Source: a virus
Lineage: Duplodnaviria; Caudoviricetes
Direction: 5' to 3' (one strand)
IMG/VR virus record: IMGVR_UViG_3300011335_000179
Coordinates: 1 to 25,079 of that record
DNA length: 25,079 bases
Both the position numbers and the translations under genes were made by a program. Positions 1 to 8,994 of the stretch are shown here, piece after piece (positions within the stretch are counted from its first letter, which is position 1; each line of letters begins with the position of its first letter). The notes beneath the pieces are model-generated. The model had not been told where the DNA came from and ran no database searches. It saw nothing but the letters and a program-made list of their open reading frames with translations.

Positions 1-715
1 TAAAAGTGGAACTTCTAACTTAGTAAAAGGCACAACTTACACAATTACAGTAGGTGCTGGTGGGACTGTTTCTGGTGCGGCTGGAACTGTTGGAAACAAT
101 GGCAATAATTCTGTGTTTTCTACTATCACTTCAACAGGTGGTGGTGGTGGTGGTGGTGGCACTTCAAATCCAGCATCTGGAGCATCTGGTGGCTCTGGTG
201 GCGGTGCGGCTGGAACTGCTGGCGGCACTACTTTTGGAACAGGAACTGCTGGACAAGGAAATAATGGCGGTTCTGGAGGTGGCGGTGGAGGCGGTGCGGC
301 GGCTGGCGGTGGTGGTGGCGCATCTGCGGTAGGCGGGAACGCAACTACAACAAATGGCGGTGCTGGCGGTGCTGGTACAGCATCTAGCATTACAGGGTCT
401 AGCGTCACATACGCTGGCGGTGGAGGTGGCGCAAGTAACTCTGCTGGCATTGCTGGTAGTGGTGGTGCTGGTGGTGGTGGTGCTGGCGCACAGTATTTAA
501 CTGGTGGCGCAACGGCTGGAACTGCAAATACTGGTGGTGGCGGTGGTGGTGGCTCTAATAACCCACAACCAGCGGGTGCTGGTGGCTCTGGTGTAGTTAT
601 CTTGTCCATACCAACATCTAACTACACAGGCACAACCACAGGCTCACCGACAGTCACAACCAATGGTTCATATACAGTTCTGACTTACACAAGTTCAGGC
701 ACATACACGGCATAA
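1..715 (+). CDS. Glycine-rich tail fibre/virion protein, C-terminal part (5' truncated by window)
   Basis: The frame is open from base 2 (KSGTSNLVKGTTYTITVGAGG...). Gly-rich repeats end in GGSGVVILSIP...YTVLTYTSSGTYTA, typical of phage Gly-rich fibre domains. The ORF-track start at 113 is only an internal codon. Confidence 0.8.
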   Translation, partial: KSGTSNLVKGTTYTITVGAGGTVSGAAGTVGNNGNNSVFSTITSTGGGGGGGGTSNPASGASGGSGGGAAGTAGGTTFGTGTAGQGNNGGSGGGGGGGAAAGGGGGASAVGGNATTTNGGAGGAGTASSITGSSVTYAGGGGGASNSAGIAGSGGAGGGGAGAQYLTGGATAGTANTGGGGGGGSNNPQPAGAGGSGVVILSIPTSNYTGTTTGSPTVTTNGSYTVLTYTSSGTYTA

Positions 716-725
716 GGAGAATTAA

Positions 726-1067
726 ATGCACTTCGCAAAAGTAGAAAACGGGTTAGTAGTTCAAGTCATCGTTGCCGAACAAGATGTCATTGACTCTGGC
801 ATCTTTGGTCACGGATGGGTGCAAACCTCATACAACACGCATGGCGGTGTTCACGCTAATGGCAATACACCTTTGCGTAAGAACTACGCTGGTGTGGGGT
901 ACACCTACGACTCAGGTCGAGATGCTTTCATACCTCCAAAGCCATATCCATCATGGACTATGAGCGAAGCGACTTGTCTGTGGTCTGCGCCAACTCCAAT
1001 GCCAACTGATGAAAAGCGTTATTCATGGGATGAGGCTACATTGGCATGGGTTGAGGTGACAGTTTGA
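726..1067 (+). CDS. Conserved phage protein following Gly-rich fibres (putative fibre assembly/accessory protein)
   Basis: AAGGAG RBS. Sequence MHFAKVENGLVVQVIVAEQ...WVQTSYN...LRKNYAGVGYTYD..RDAFIPPKPYPSW...WDE resembles a family I associate with fibre genes. Confidence 0.75.
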   Translation: MHFAKVENGLVVQVIVAEQDVIDSGIFGHGWVQTSYNTHGGVHANGNTPLRKNYAGVGYTYDSGRDAFIPPKPYPSWTMSEATCLWSAPTPMPTDEKRYSWDEATLAWVEVTV

Positions 1068-1084
1068 CACAACTAGGATTAACA

Positions 1085-1228
1085 ATGGAAAAACTGCAAA
1101 TTTCAACTCAACTTCTTAACTCCATTATGGGGTACTTAGGCACTCGCCCTTACCAAGAAGTGTTCCAGCTTATTGAAGCAATTCAAAAAGAAGCTAAGGA
1201 ACAACCTACACCTGAGTCAGTGGAATAA
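1085..1228 (+). CDS. Small hypothetical protein (47 aa), absent from the ORF track
   Basis: Read manually: MEKLQISTQLLNSIMGYLGTRPYQEVFQLIEAIQKEAKEQPTPESVE*. AGGA lies upstream and the ORF fills the gap between neighbours exactly. Confidence 0.8.
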   Translation: MEKLQISTQLLNSIMGYLGTRPYQEVFQLIEAIQKEAKEQPTPESVE

Positions 1229-1230
1229 AC

Positions 1231-1446
1231 ATGAGCGACATACACGAACTTGCCACTGAGACTGACAAAAAACTCGCTGTCCACGAAGCGATTTGTGCGT
1301 CCCGTTATGAATCCATCCAAAAGCGTTTTGACGACGGTTCTAAGCGTATGCAACGTATTGAGTACATTTTGTACTTAATTGCGGTAATGACTCTCTTTGG
1401 AACTGGTTCAGTCGCTGAACTATTGATGAAGTTCATCATTCGATAG
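1231..1446 (+). CDS. Small membrane protein, XhlA/holin-like (coiled coil plus C-terminal TM)
   Basis: LAVHEAICASRYESIQKR coiled coil followed by hydrophobic YILYLIAVMTLFG; located in the lysis region. Confidence 0.6.
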   Translation: MSDIHELATETDKKLAVHEAICASRYESIQKRFDDGSKRMQRIEYILYLIAVMTLFGTGSVAELLMKFIIR

Positions 1447-1455
1447 AGGTGAGTC

Positions 1456-2157
1456 ATTGACCCTATCAGCATCCTACTTATGGCACAAAGTGCCTATGGT
1501 GTCATCAAACAGGGATGCGCTCTCCTCCACGCTGGTCGCTTGGAGGTCGACTCCGCTAAAAAGACTGTTGAGCAAGCTATTGGCGACGCAAAGGCTATCA
1601 AAGGTGTCTGGGACTGGTTCCTTGGTTTTTTTAAGTCACCCAACAAGACAACCGCGCCCAAGCCTTTGGCGCAAAAGAAAGCAACCAAGCAATCTTACGA
1701 GGAACTCGAAACACGACTTATCTCAGATATTGGGACAAGCCTCGGAATTCTGTTTGATGCACAACAACAAATTAACAACCACTATATTGAACTAGAAGAA
1801 GAATCAAAAAACAAATTTAATCCTGAGCAAAACACCTCAAAGAAAGCGACGGAGAGGGTGCTTATTGAGTTGCAGATGGAAAAGTTGATGGAGCAGACCA
1901 GAGAGGCTATGGTCTATGCGCCCCCTGAAATGAAGAATATGTACAGCAGGTTTTTAGTGATGCATGGAAAGATTGAGCGTGAACAGGAGTGGGCAAGGGC
2001 AGAGATGATTCGTAGGGCTAGAAAAGCTAGATGGGAAAAGGAACAAGAGGAAATCAGATTCATTGAAGTAACAACTGGAGTAATTGCCGTGGCATTCATA
2101 TCTTTAATCTTTGGGTGGTTCATGTGGCAACTACGAAGCTGGTCTATTGGATACTGA
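1456..2157 (+). CDS. Hypothetical coiled-coil protein with C-terminal TM; probable ATT start at 1456 (first ATG at 1480)
   Basis: GAGGTG at 1446-1451 precedes in-frame ATT-GAC-CCT-ATC (DPISILLMAQ), with an in-frame TGA at 1450. C-terminal TM is VIAVAFISLIFGWFMW. Confidence 0.7.
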   Translation: MDPISILLMAQSAYGVIKQGCALLHAGRLEVDSAKKTVEQAIGDAKAIKGVWDWFLGFFKSPNKTTAPKPLAQKKATKQSYEELETRLISDIGTSLGILFDAQQQINNHYIELEEESKNKFNPEQNTSKKATERVLIELQMEKLMEQTREAMVYAPPEMKNMYSRFLVMHGKIEREQEWARAEMIRRARKARWEKEQEEIRFIEVTTGVIAVAFISLIFGWFMWQLRSWSIGY

Positions 2158-2291
2158 TAGGGGTTGCAATATGCGTGATTGTTGGAGTTACCTCAATGGC
2201 ATATGTGGAAACCCTATATATGCGAGCGCAACTCAAGCAAGAGATTAAAGAACTGCGTAAGCTTAAACGAGAACTTAAGGAAAGTAAATGA
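2124..2291 (+). CDS. Small membrane-anchored protein (55 aa; TM plus basic coiled coil), absent from the ORF track
   Basis: GTG start, MATTKLVYWILIGVAICVIVGVTSMAYVETLYMRAQLKQEIKELRKLKRELKESK*. The stop overlaps the next ATG (ATGA). Confidence 0.7.
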   Translation: MATTKLVYWILIGVAICVIVGVTSMAYVETLYMRAQLKQEIKELRKLKRELKESK

Positions 2292-2767
2292 ATGAACTAT
2301 TCAATATTCTCAAGGGTATCGCACCCACATTGGCAACTGCTGTGGCTGGTCCTTTGGGTGGCGCTGCTATTACCGCTCTGGCTTCTAAGTTTGGCGTTTC
2401 TGATTCCATTGAGTCTGTTGCAAAGGCTATCGTGGGCGATCCGAAAGCGGCTGAAAAGCTAGCAGAGATGGAGCTAGAGTTCACTAAAGTAGCTCTAGAG
2501 GCTCAAAAAAACGAAGATAATAATGTTACCGATCGTTGGAAATCTGATAACCAGTCAGATGGCTGGCTCAATAAGAACATACGCCCAGCCACATTGGTGT
2601 ACCTATTATCCACTTACAACATCTTTGCTCTGATGTCAGCGTTTGGCCATCAAGTCAATGAAGCTTACGTCAACTTGCTTGGACAATGGGGCATGCTGGT
2701 CATGACAGCTTATTTTGGCGGTAAGACCATTGAGAACATTATGGCAATCAAAGGAGGGAAAAAATGA
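2288..2767 (+). CDS. Putative holin (3TM/GTA-holin-like)
   Basis: N-terminal IAPTLATAVAGPLGGAA, WLNKNIRP motif, two C-terminal hydrophobic segments and AYFGG. Coupled to the endolysin by ATGA. Confidence 0.7.
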   Translation: MNELFNILKGIAPTLATAVAGPLGGAAITALASKFGVSDSIESVAKAIVGDPKAAEKLAEMELEFTKVALEAQKNEDNNVTDRWKSDNQSDGWLNKNIRPATLVYLLSTYNIFALMSAFGHQVNEAYVNLLGQWGMLVMTAYFGGKTIENIMAIKGGKK

Positions 2768-3192
2768 ATCTCTCTCCACATTTCACACTTGAAGAATTAA
2801 CACATACAGACCATAGAGAGCTGGACAATACGCCAAATGAACAAGAGCTTGCAAATCTTAAGCGCCTTGCAGCGTTTCTTGAAGAAGTTAAAACAATCCT
2901 CAGCGGCAAACCGATTATGGTAAACAGTGCTTTTCGTAGCAAGGCTGTTAATGACGCAGTGGGAAGCAAAGATACCAGTCAGCATCGAGTTGGCTGTGCA
3001 GCTGATCTAAGAGTTCCGAGCATGACGCCTGACCAAGTGGTTAAGGCCATCATCTCTTCAACCCTTGCGTATGACCAAGTGATTCGAGAGTTTGATAGAT
3101 GGACGCATGTGTCAATTCCCAATGATGTTACTGGTTTTTCTCGACGTCAAGCGCTAATAATTGACAAAGCTGGTACTCGTGCTTATGCATAA
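2764..3192 (+). CDS. Endolysin, peptidase M15A family
   Basis: LSPHFTLEEL, SAFRS..VN.AVG, SQH..G.AAD and WTHVS zinc-binding motifs. Confidence 0.9.
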   Translation: MNLSPHFTLEELTHTDHRELDNTPNEQELANLKRLAAFLEEVKTILSGKPIMVNSAFRSKAVNDAVGSKDTSQHRVGCAADLRVPSMTPDQVVKAIISSTLAYDQVIREFDRWTHVSIPNDVTGFSRRQALIIDKAGTRAYA

Positions 3193-3202
3193 ATTCAATG
3201 TT

Positions 3203-3214
3203 TTGACATATAAT
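3203..3214 (+). promoter_or_regulatory. Possible regulatory site/promoter element upstream of the tail operon
   Basis: TTGACA (3203-3208) directly abuts TATAAT (3209-3214) in one of the few intergenic gaps. The spacing is not canonical. Confidence 0.25.
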
Positions 3215-3240
3215 CATGTTAGCATAAAGGGCGCCACCGT

Positions 3241-3876
3241 ATGACTACTGCATCGGTAATGACATATGATAGCCTAGTTACAGACGTACAGCAGTATTTA
3301 GAACGTACAGATGCTGCCACGCTTACGCAAATTCCTAGGTTCATCATGCTGTGTGAGCAAACGCTTGCAGCAGACTTAAAGTTTTTAGGCAACTTAAACG
3401 TTGCAACAAGCGCAATGACTATAGGCAATCCGGTGCTTGATAAGCCTGTACGTTGGCACAAAACTGTATCGATGAATGTAACGTCTGAGGGTATTAGAAC
3501 GCCTATTTACTTACGCAAGTATGAGTACTTACGTGAATACTGGCCCGATAGTACACAAACTGATTTGCCGTTGTACTATTGCGACTATGACTATACTCGT
3601 TGGCTGGTAGCACCTACACCGGCTTCAAACTACACGTTTGAGATTCTTTATTATGAGCGTGTACAACCTTTAGATAGCACCAATCAAACCAACTGGTTTA
3701 CTATCTACGCACCGCAAGCATTATTGTATGGCTCACTCTTACAAGCAATGCCATTTCTTAAGAATGATGAACGTCTACCGCTGTGGCAAGCGCAATATCA
3801 GCAAATTGTGTCAACATTAAAAGCAGAAGACGTAATCAGAATTGGAGACCGTCAAACAACGGTACTTGATACATGA
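3241..3876 (+). CDS. Head-tail adaptor / tail tubular protein A-like
   Basis: MTYDSLVTDVQQYLER, IPRFIMLCE, VAPTP, TNW...APQALLYGSL pattern of podovirus adaptor proteins. Confidence 0.7.
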   Translation: MTTASVMTYDSLVTDVQQYLERTDAATLTQIPRFIMLCEQTLAADLKFLGNLNVATSAMTIGNPVLDKPVRWHKTVSMNVTSEGIRTPIYLRKYEYLREYWPDSTQTDLPLYYCDYDYTRWLVAPTPASNYTFEILYYERVQPLDSTNQTNWFTIYAPQALLYGSLLQAMPFLKNDERLPLWQAQYQQIVSTLKAEDVIRIGDRQTTVLDT

Positions 3877-5105
3877 CAACATACAATAGCCCGTTTACTG
3901 GCAATGTAATACAGCCTACAGATGTTTCTTATGCTAGTTTGACACTTACCAGTGACACACAGCTTTTTTGGCCATTTGATGGTAATGGCACTGAGACTTA
4001 CGCGGCAAGAATAATGGAAGTTACAGCCAGCCCTGCCGGGCTTGAGCTGTGGATGCCACCTGCCAATCAAGCCTCAGTAGGTCAAGATGCGCTAATTCGC
4101 AATATAGGTGGCGAAGACTTTGATGTCATGGACTATGACGGCTTAAACGTAATTGCTACCATTGTTGCTGGCGAGGCACAATACATTTACATCACTGACA
4201 ATGTAGATGAGCAAGGGACATGGGGCGTTATCGCCTATGGTATTGGCTCATCAGGTGCTGATGCTTCAACATTGGCAGGCTACGGACTATTGGCAATAGG
4301 TCAAACATTAAATCAGTCACAACCAGTTACAACATTTGCGTCTAGTTACACAGCGCTTGCTGCAGATCGCTCAAATACTTATGTATGGACGGGTGGTGCT
4401 GGAACTTTAACACTAACCCTTGCATCTACGCTTGGCGACAATTGGTTTATGTTTTTGCGAAATAGCGGGTCAGGCGCATTAACAGTTGCAGGTTCTAGTG
4501 GCAATACCATAAATGGTTCTACTTCCATTATTTTGCAACCTACTGACTCAGCAATCATTGTTTGTTCTGGCACTACGTTTTACACAGTTGGTCTAGGTAA
4601 ATCAACGCAATTTGCGTTTACTCAACTTTCCAAAGCCGTACTTACAGGCACATATACTTTAACTGCGTCTGAAGCATCTAATGTCATTCAGAAATACACA
4701 GGCGCTTTAACAGGCAACGTTACAATTATTGTGCCTTCAACGGTGCAGGTATATTACATTGTGAATGCAACAACTAATGCATACACAGTAACCATATCAA
4801 CTGGTGCTGGCGCTACGGCAATTTTGACTACTGGCACTCAGGCCACACTGGTTTGCGACTCTGTTAATCTGTATAATGCCAACACAATTCTTGCCGGATC
4901 GTCAACTATAAGCTTGAATAGTGGGTCAGTTGGCGCGCCGGCTTTGAGCTTTTCTTCAGAAGCAACAACAGGTATTTATCGCGCAGCTTCGGGTGAGTTT
5001 AACCTTGCAATTCTTGGCGTATTGAGATCAACATTATCTGCAACTGGGCTTGCCATTGTAGGTACAGGTAACTTTACTGGTGGTGTTGCTGGCGGAACTT
5101 TCTAA
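3873..5105 (+). CDS. Tail/fibre-like structural protein
   Basis: Thr/Gly/Ser-rich beta-type sequence with GSVGAPALSF...TGIYR motif; coupled to both neighbours. Confidence 0.65.
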   Translation: MTTYNSPFTGNVIQPTDVSYASLTLTSDTQLFWPFDGNGTETYAARIMEVTASPAGLELWMPPANQASVGQDALIRNIGGEDFDVMDYDGLNVIATIVAGEAQYIYITDNVDEQGTWGVIAYGIGSSGADASTLAGYGLLAIGQTLNQSQPVTTFASSYTALAADRSNTYVWTGGAGTLTLTLASTLGDNWFMFLRNSGSGALTVAGSSGNTINGSTSIILQPTDSAIIVCSGTTFYTVGLGKSTQFAFTQLSKAVLTGTYTLTASEASNVIQKYTGALTGNVTIIVPSTVQVYYIVNATTNAYTVTISTGAGATAILTTGTQATLVCDSVNLYNANTILAGSSTISLNSGSVGAPALSFSSEATTGIYRAASGEFNLAILGVLRSTLSATGLAIVGTGNFTGGVAGGTF

Positions 5106-7345
5106 TGACCAAAAAAGTTTTTGCTCTTGACACTCAACCCGGCATTCAGCGGGATGGAACTGTATTTGACATGAACTTTTATACTGATGGCAAATGGGTA
5201 AGGTTTCAGCGCGGTCGTCCTCGCAAGATAGATGGGTATCGAGCCATTACTCAAGACACGCACGGCTATTCTCGTGGGCTATACGTTAACTCAGCTGATG
5301 GCACTAATCAAGTTTTTAATGGCTACGACGACGGTCTTGAAGTTATCAATATTGACAACTCAGGCATTGGGGCTGGTGTTAATCAGTTTACTTTTACAGG
5401 GCCTGCCTTAACACTAAGCACACTTGTTGGAGGTTCTGGTTATGTAAATGCCACTTATACGGCTGTACCATTAACTGGCGGTTCTGGCTCTGGTGCAAAA
5501 GCCACTATTGTTGTATCTGGTGGCGCCGTGACCTCTGTAACGCTTACAAGTTATGGTAATAACTATGTTGTGGGTAATACATTAAGCGCGTCAAATACCA
5601 ATCTTGGCGGTTCAGGTTCTGGATTTTCTATTACAGTTGCCACAATCACCACCTTTACAGCAAATGATTTAAACCTGTGGCAGTTTGATTCAAGCTTTGA
5701 CTCGCAAGGTTCTGGCGATCAATTGTTACTAGCACATGCCGGACAAAACTTAGCACAAATTGATGCAACAGCTTTATCACCCGTTCTTGCAGGCGACATT
5801 TTTGGGCTTACATTATCACCTCTTGTAGACTCTTCTGGCTCAACTCCAACCAACGACATTATTGAAGTTGCAGGAGGCGTGGTTGTATTGCACCCGTATG
5901 TTTTTGTGTATGGCGACAATGGGTTGATTAAAAACTGTTCTGCAGGTAACCCGTATGACTGGAATGGTGCAGATGCTAATGAAACCAATGTATCATCAAC
6001 CAAGATTGTTAAAGGGCTTCCTGTGCGTGGAGGTTCTAATGCGCCATCAGGATTATTTTGGGCACTAGATTCTCTTATTCGCGTATCATATGCACCTACA
6101 ACTATAGGGGCAAGTACTTTATATTGGCGCTATGACATTATTTCTAGTCAATCATCTATCTTATCCAGTCAATCTGTCATTGAGTATGATGGCATCTATT
6201 ATTGGTGTGGTACTGATCGATTTTTGCTTTACAACGGTATAGTTAAAGAAATTAAGAACAATTTTAACCAAAATTATTTCTTTGACAATTTAAACTACGC
6301 ACAACGTCAAAAAGTTTATGTTAACAAAGTTCCTCGTTTTGGCGAAATCTGGTGGTTTTACCCATCTGGTGATTCAACCGAGTGTGATGATGCTATTATT
6401 TATAACGTACGTGAAGATTGCTGGTACGATGCAGGTGGTGCACTAGGCGCATATAGAACTGCAGGATATTTTTCTCAAGTTTTTAAGTATCCCATTAATG
6501 CGGGCGCAACTCTAAGCACACAAGATTTGCTTTTTTCTGCATCAATTGCAACAACTAATGCAAGTACTAGTATTACTATAGCACCAAATAATTTAGTTGC
6601 CATTGGGCAGTTAGTTGTTTCTACCAGCATAACTTCTGGCGCTATTGTTTCTGTGATTACTCCTACATTGGCTTCTACCACGGCAACAGGCAGTTCTGCC
6701 GCGTTTACAATTGTGGTCAACAGCGCAACTGGTATTTTACTAAATCAAGCCGTAACAGGCACAGGTATTGGGGCTGACGCCGTGGTTATTGTTATTGCTG
6801 GAACTACAATAACTTTGTCTGTTGCCAATAGCAGCGCTGTATCTGGTACTCTTTCATTTGCCGGCCTGACGTTAACATTGTCAACAACTGCAACGGCAAC
6901 AATTATAGAGACTGCAACTTTTAATACTACAGCCGGTAGAGTTACTTTATGGCAACATGAGATTGGTACTGATGAAGTTAGTAATACCAATGTAAATGCT
7001 ATTGAAAGCTATTTTGAAACATCAGATATTGGGTGGGTTCAAGGTGGTCCGGCACAAACAATGCCTGTTGGTGACAACTATTGGCTAAGAATTGAGCGTA
7101 TTGAGCCTGACTTTATTCAAGAAGGCGACATGTCTGTAGTTGTAACAGGTAGACCTTTTGCACAAGCTGCTGATGTTGAATCAGACCCATTTGTATTCAC
7201 GTCTTCAACGGGCAAAATAGATATGAGAGAACAGCGAAGAGAACTTCGTCTTCGGTTTATTAGTAATACGCAAGGCGGTAATTATCAAATGGGTAAAGTA
7301 TTGCTTAACGTAACAGCAGGCGACGTTCGCCCATACGGAAGTTAG
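5105..7345 (+). CDS. Tail nozzle / tail tubular protein B-like
   Basis: 746 aa with PGIQRDGT, WVRFQRGRPRKIDG, FGEIWWFYPS...CD..IIYN..E..WY and IERIEPDF motifs; position after the adaptor fits. Confidence 0.7.
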   Translation: MTKKVFALDTQPGIQRDGTVFDMNFYTDGKWVRFQRGRPRKIDGYRAITQDTHGYSRGLYVNSADGTNQVFNGYDDGLEVINIDNSGIGAGVNQFTFTGPALTLSTLVGGSGYVNATYTAVPLTGGSGSGAKATIVVSGGAVTSVTLTSYGNNYVVGNTLSASNTNLGGSGSGFSITVATITTFTANDLNLWQFDSSFDSQGSGDQLLLAHAGQNLAQIDATALSPVLAGDIFGLTLSPLVDSSGSTPTNDIIEVAGGVVVLHPYVFVYGDNGLIKNCSAGNPYDWNGADANETNVSSTKIVKGLPVRGGSNAPSGLFWALDSLIRVSYAPTTIGASTLYWRYDIISSQSSILSSQSVIEYDGIYYWCGTDRFLLYNGIVKEIKNNFNQNYFFDNLNYAQRQKVYVNKVPRFGEIWWFYPSGDSTECDDAIIYNVREDCWYDAGGALGAYRTAGYFSQVFKYPINAGATLSTQDLLFSASIATTNASTSITIAPNNLVAIGQLVVSTSITSGAIVSVITPTLASTTATGSSAAFTIVVNSATGILLNQAVTGTGIGADAVVIVIAGTTITLSVANSSAVSGTLSFAGLTLTLSTTATATIIETATFNTTAGRVTLWQHEIGTDEVSNTNVNAIESYFETSDIGWVQGGPAQTMPVGDNYWLRIERIEPDFIQEGDMSVVVTGRPFAQAADVESDPFVFTSSTGKIDMREQRRELRLRFISNTQGGNYQMGKVLLNVTAGDVRPYGS

Positions 7346-7346
7346 C

Positions 7347-7598
7347 ATGACACTTGCAGTTGTGTATGACCCCCGTTATCATGACTTCCAGTCATGGGCT
7401 GCACTTATGTGTGAAGCGTATGCCGGTCAACAATTGATAATACCTGATGCACTTACTGACTGGAAAGAATGGGCAGCAGGCTTAAAAGCAATTGACATAT
7501 TTACTAATGAAGGTATACCTGGGCCATACATATTTGATGACTGGCAAGACTGGGCACAAGCATTAGTAGGCGCCGTAAATGCGTCAATTGACATCTAG
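7347..7598 (+). CDS. Hypothetical Trp-rich protein (probable tail component)
   Basis: 83 aa with threefold (F/W)xxWAxxL repeat; tightly packed in the operon. Confidence 0.65.
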   Translation: MTLAVVYDPRYHDFQSWAALMCEAYAGQQLIIPDALTDWKEWAAGLKAIDIFTNEGIPGPYIFDDWQDWAQALVGAVNASIDI

Positions 7599-7603
7599 AC
7601 ATT

Positions 7604-7891
7604 ATGAATATTAACTTCATTGAACTACTTAACAAGGTTGCTCGTGTGGCTAGACCGGCACATCATGAGTTTGTGCCTATTGTGTCAATGGAAGAGAAGT
7701 TTGAAGAAACATGCTTTGACTCGTTAGATATGCTGATGATTGGTATGTTTATGGGCATGATCTATGACATTGATGATGAGATAGCAAAAGATTTTCAGCC
7801 TGAAACTGTGCAAGAACTTTACACATTTGTAGAACTAAATAAAAAGCGTGATCCAGAATCTATTGAGTGGGCACTGGAACAGATTAAATGA
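7604..7891 (+). CDS. Acyl carrier protein-like
   Basis: Small acidic protein with FDSLDM phosphopantetheine-attachment motif (Ser codon 7721-7723), then DIDDE...ETVQELYTFV. Adjacent to a ketosynthase. Confidence 0.8.
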   Translation: MNINFIELLNKVARVARPAHHEFVPIVSMEEKFEETCFDSLDMLMIGMFMGMIYDIDDEIAKDFQPETVQELYTFVELNKKRDPESIEWALEQIK

Positions 7892-8994
7892 TCTACCTTA
7901 CTCACTATCGCACTGCTTACTCAACTACGGTTGAGCTAATGGCTGATGCTACTTACCCACAAAAGGTACATTGGTTTCCAGAAACATATGATCGTGTAAA
8001 GACAGGTATGTTTTATGCGCCACATCGAATTGCAGAAAAAGTGCTTGATCCAGCACTTGTTAAAGAGCTCCGTGAGAATCCTGTAGGTAAAACAGCATTT
8101 ATACTTGCTAGCGGCAATTCACACTTTGCAGGCATTAACCCACGTTCTAAGGCACCAACAAGGTTATCTTATGAATACAAATTTTTACCATTCACTCTTA
8201 CACAAGTGTATGCCGGTAGAACGGCGCAGGCTTTGGGCGCTACGGATCATGTTGTTACCGATGCCACGGCCTGCGCATCCAGTCTCAAAGCTCTTATGGA
8301 CGTCCAAACCCTCATCAACTATTATGGGTTCAAAAGAGTAGTGGTGCTAACCGTTGAGGATGCTGTTACTAATTCAGTGCTAGACTTTTTTGGTGAAGCT
8401 AGAGCTTGTTTGTCTTGGAAAGAAGAGCAGACCGGCATACTTCCATCAGCATTTGACAGTACTAACTATGGGTTTTATGTTGGTCAAGGCGCAGCATTGG
8501 CTGTGTTTGAATCAGATGATGTGTCCATAAACCCTATAGCAATTCTTAAAGGCGCCTATACCGCAAGTGAGGATCACTCAAATGCTATTGGTCAACGTGA
8601 AGACGGCCAAGGATTTGTTCGTGCTATTGAAGGCGCGCTTAATATTTCTTGCACACCTGCTAAACGCATTAGCATTGTGAAGACGCATGGTACAGGCACA
8701 AAAACAAACAACATGGCTGAGAAGACAGCATTAAAGTATGCATTAGATAAGTATGTGGCTACCTCTTATAAGCAGAAGATTGGTCACACCATGGGTGCCA
8801 GTGGCTTGTTGGAAACATTGCTGTTGATTGATGACATTGTGTCTGATGAGCGTGTTCCTGCTATTGCCAATAGAACGGAATATGATGAGACATTCTTATC
8901 AGAAGATGTAAATGTTCCGCAAGGCGACATACTAAGTATTGCTGCAGGTATGGGCAATGTGTACTCGGCAGCTGTGCTGTCGTTGGAGATATAA
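7888..8994 (+). CDS. Beta-ketoacyl-ACP synthase (FabB/FabF-like, thiolase fold)
   Basis: TACASS (Cys 8272-8274), KTHGTGT (His 8686-8688), KQKIGHTMGASG (His 8785-8787), and GFYVGQGAA equivalent to GFxxGEGA. Confidence 0.9.
   Translation: MIYLTHYRTAYSTTVELMADATYPQKVHWFPETYDRVKTGMFYAPHRIAEKVLDPALVKELRENPVGKTAFILASGNSHFAGINPRSKAPTRLSYEYKFLPFTLTQVYAGRTAQALGATDHVVTDATACASSLKALMDVQTLINYYGFKRVVVLTVEDAVTNSVLDFFGEARACLSWKEEQTGILPSAFDSTNYGFYVGQGAALAVFESDDVSINPIAILKGAYTASEDHSNAIGQREDGQGFVRAIEGALNISCTPAKRISIVKTHGTGTKTNNMAEKTALKYALDKYVATSYKQKIGHTMGASGLLETLLLIDDIVSDERVPAIANRTEYDETFLSEDVNVPQGDILSIAAGMGNVYSAAVLSLEI

Noticed and set aside
137-160. (GGT)7 GGC microsatellite
   Set aside because: Encodes an in-frame poly-Gly run; slippage would not shift the frame, so there is no evidence of phase variation.
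37-609. 190-aa Pro-rich minus-strand ORF and 54-332 Val-rich plus ORF
   Set aside because: Shadow frames of the GGT/GGC-rich glycine codons of the fibre gene.
1457-1795. 112-aa alternative-frame ORF as a nested Rz1-like spanin
   Set aside because: No signal peptide or lipobox. Its TTG lies next to the same SD as the ATT start, so it cannot be wholly excluded, but the overlapping frame looks more protein-like.
7604-8994. ACP/KS as host contamination or a chimeric join
   Set aside because: The genes are coupled to flanking phage genes, on the same strand, of similar apparent composition, and divergent from housekeeping acpP/fabF.
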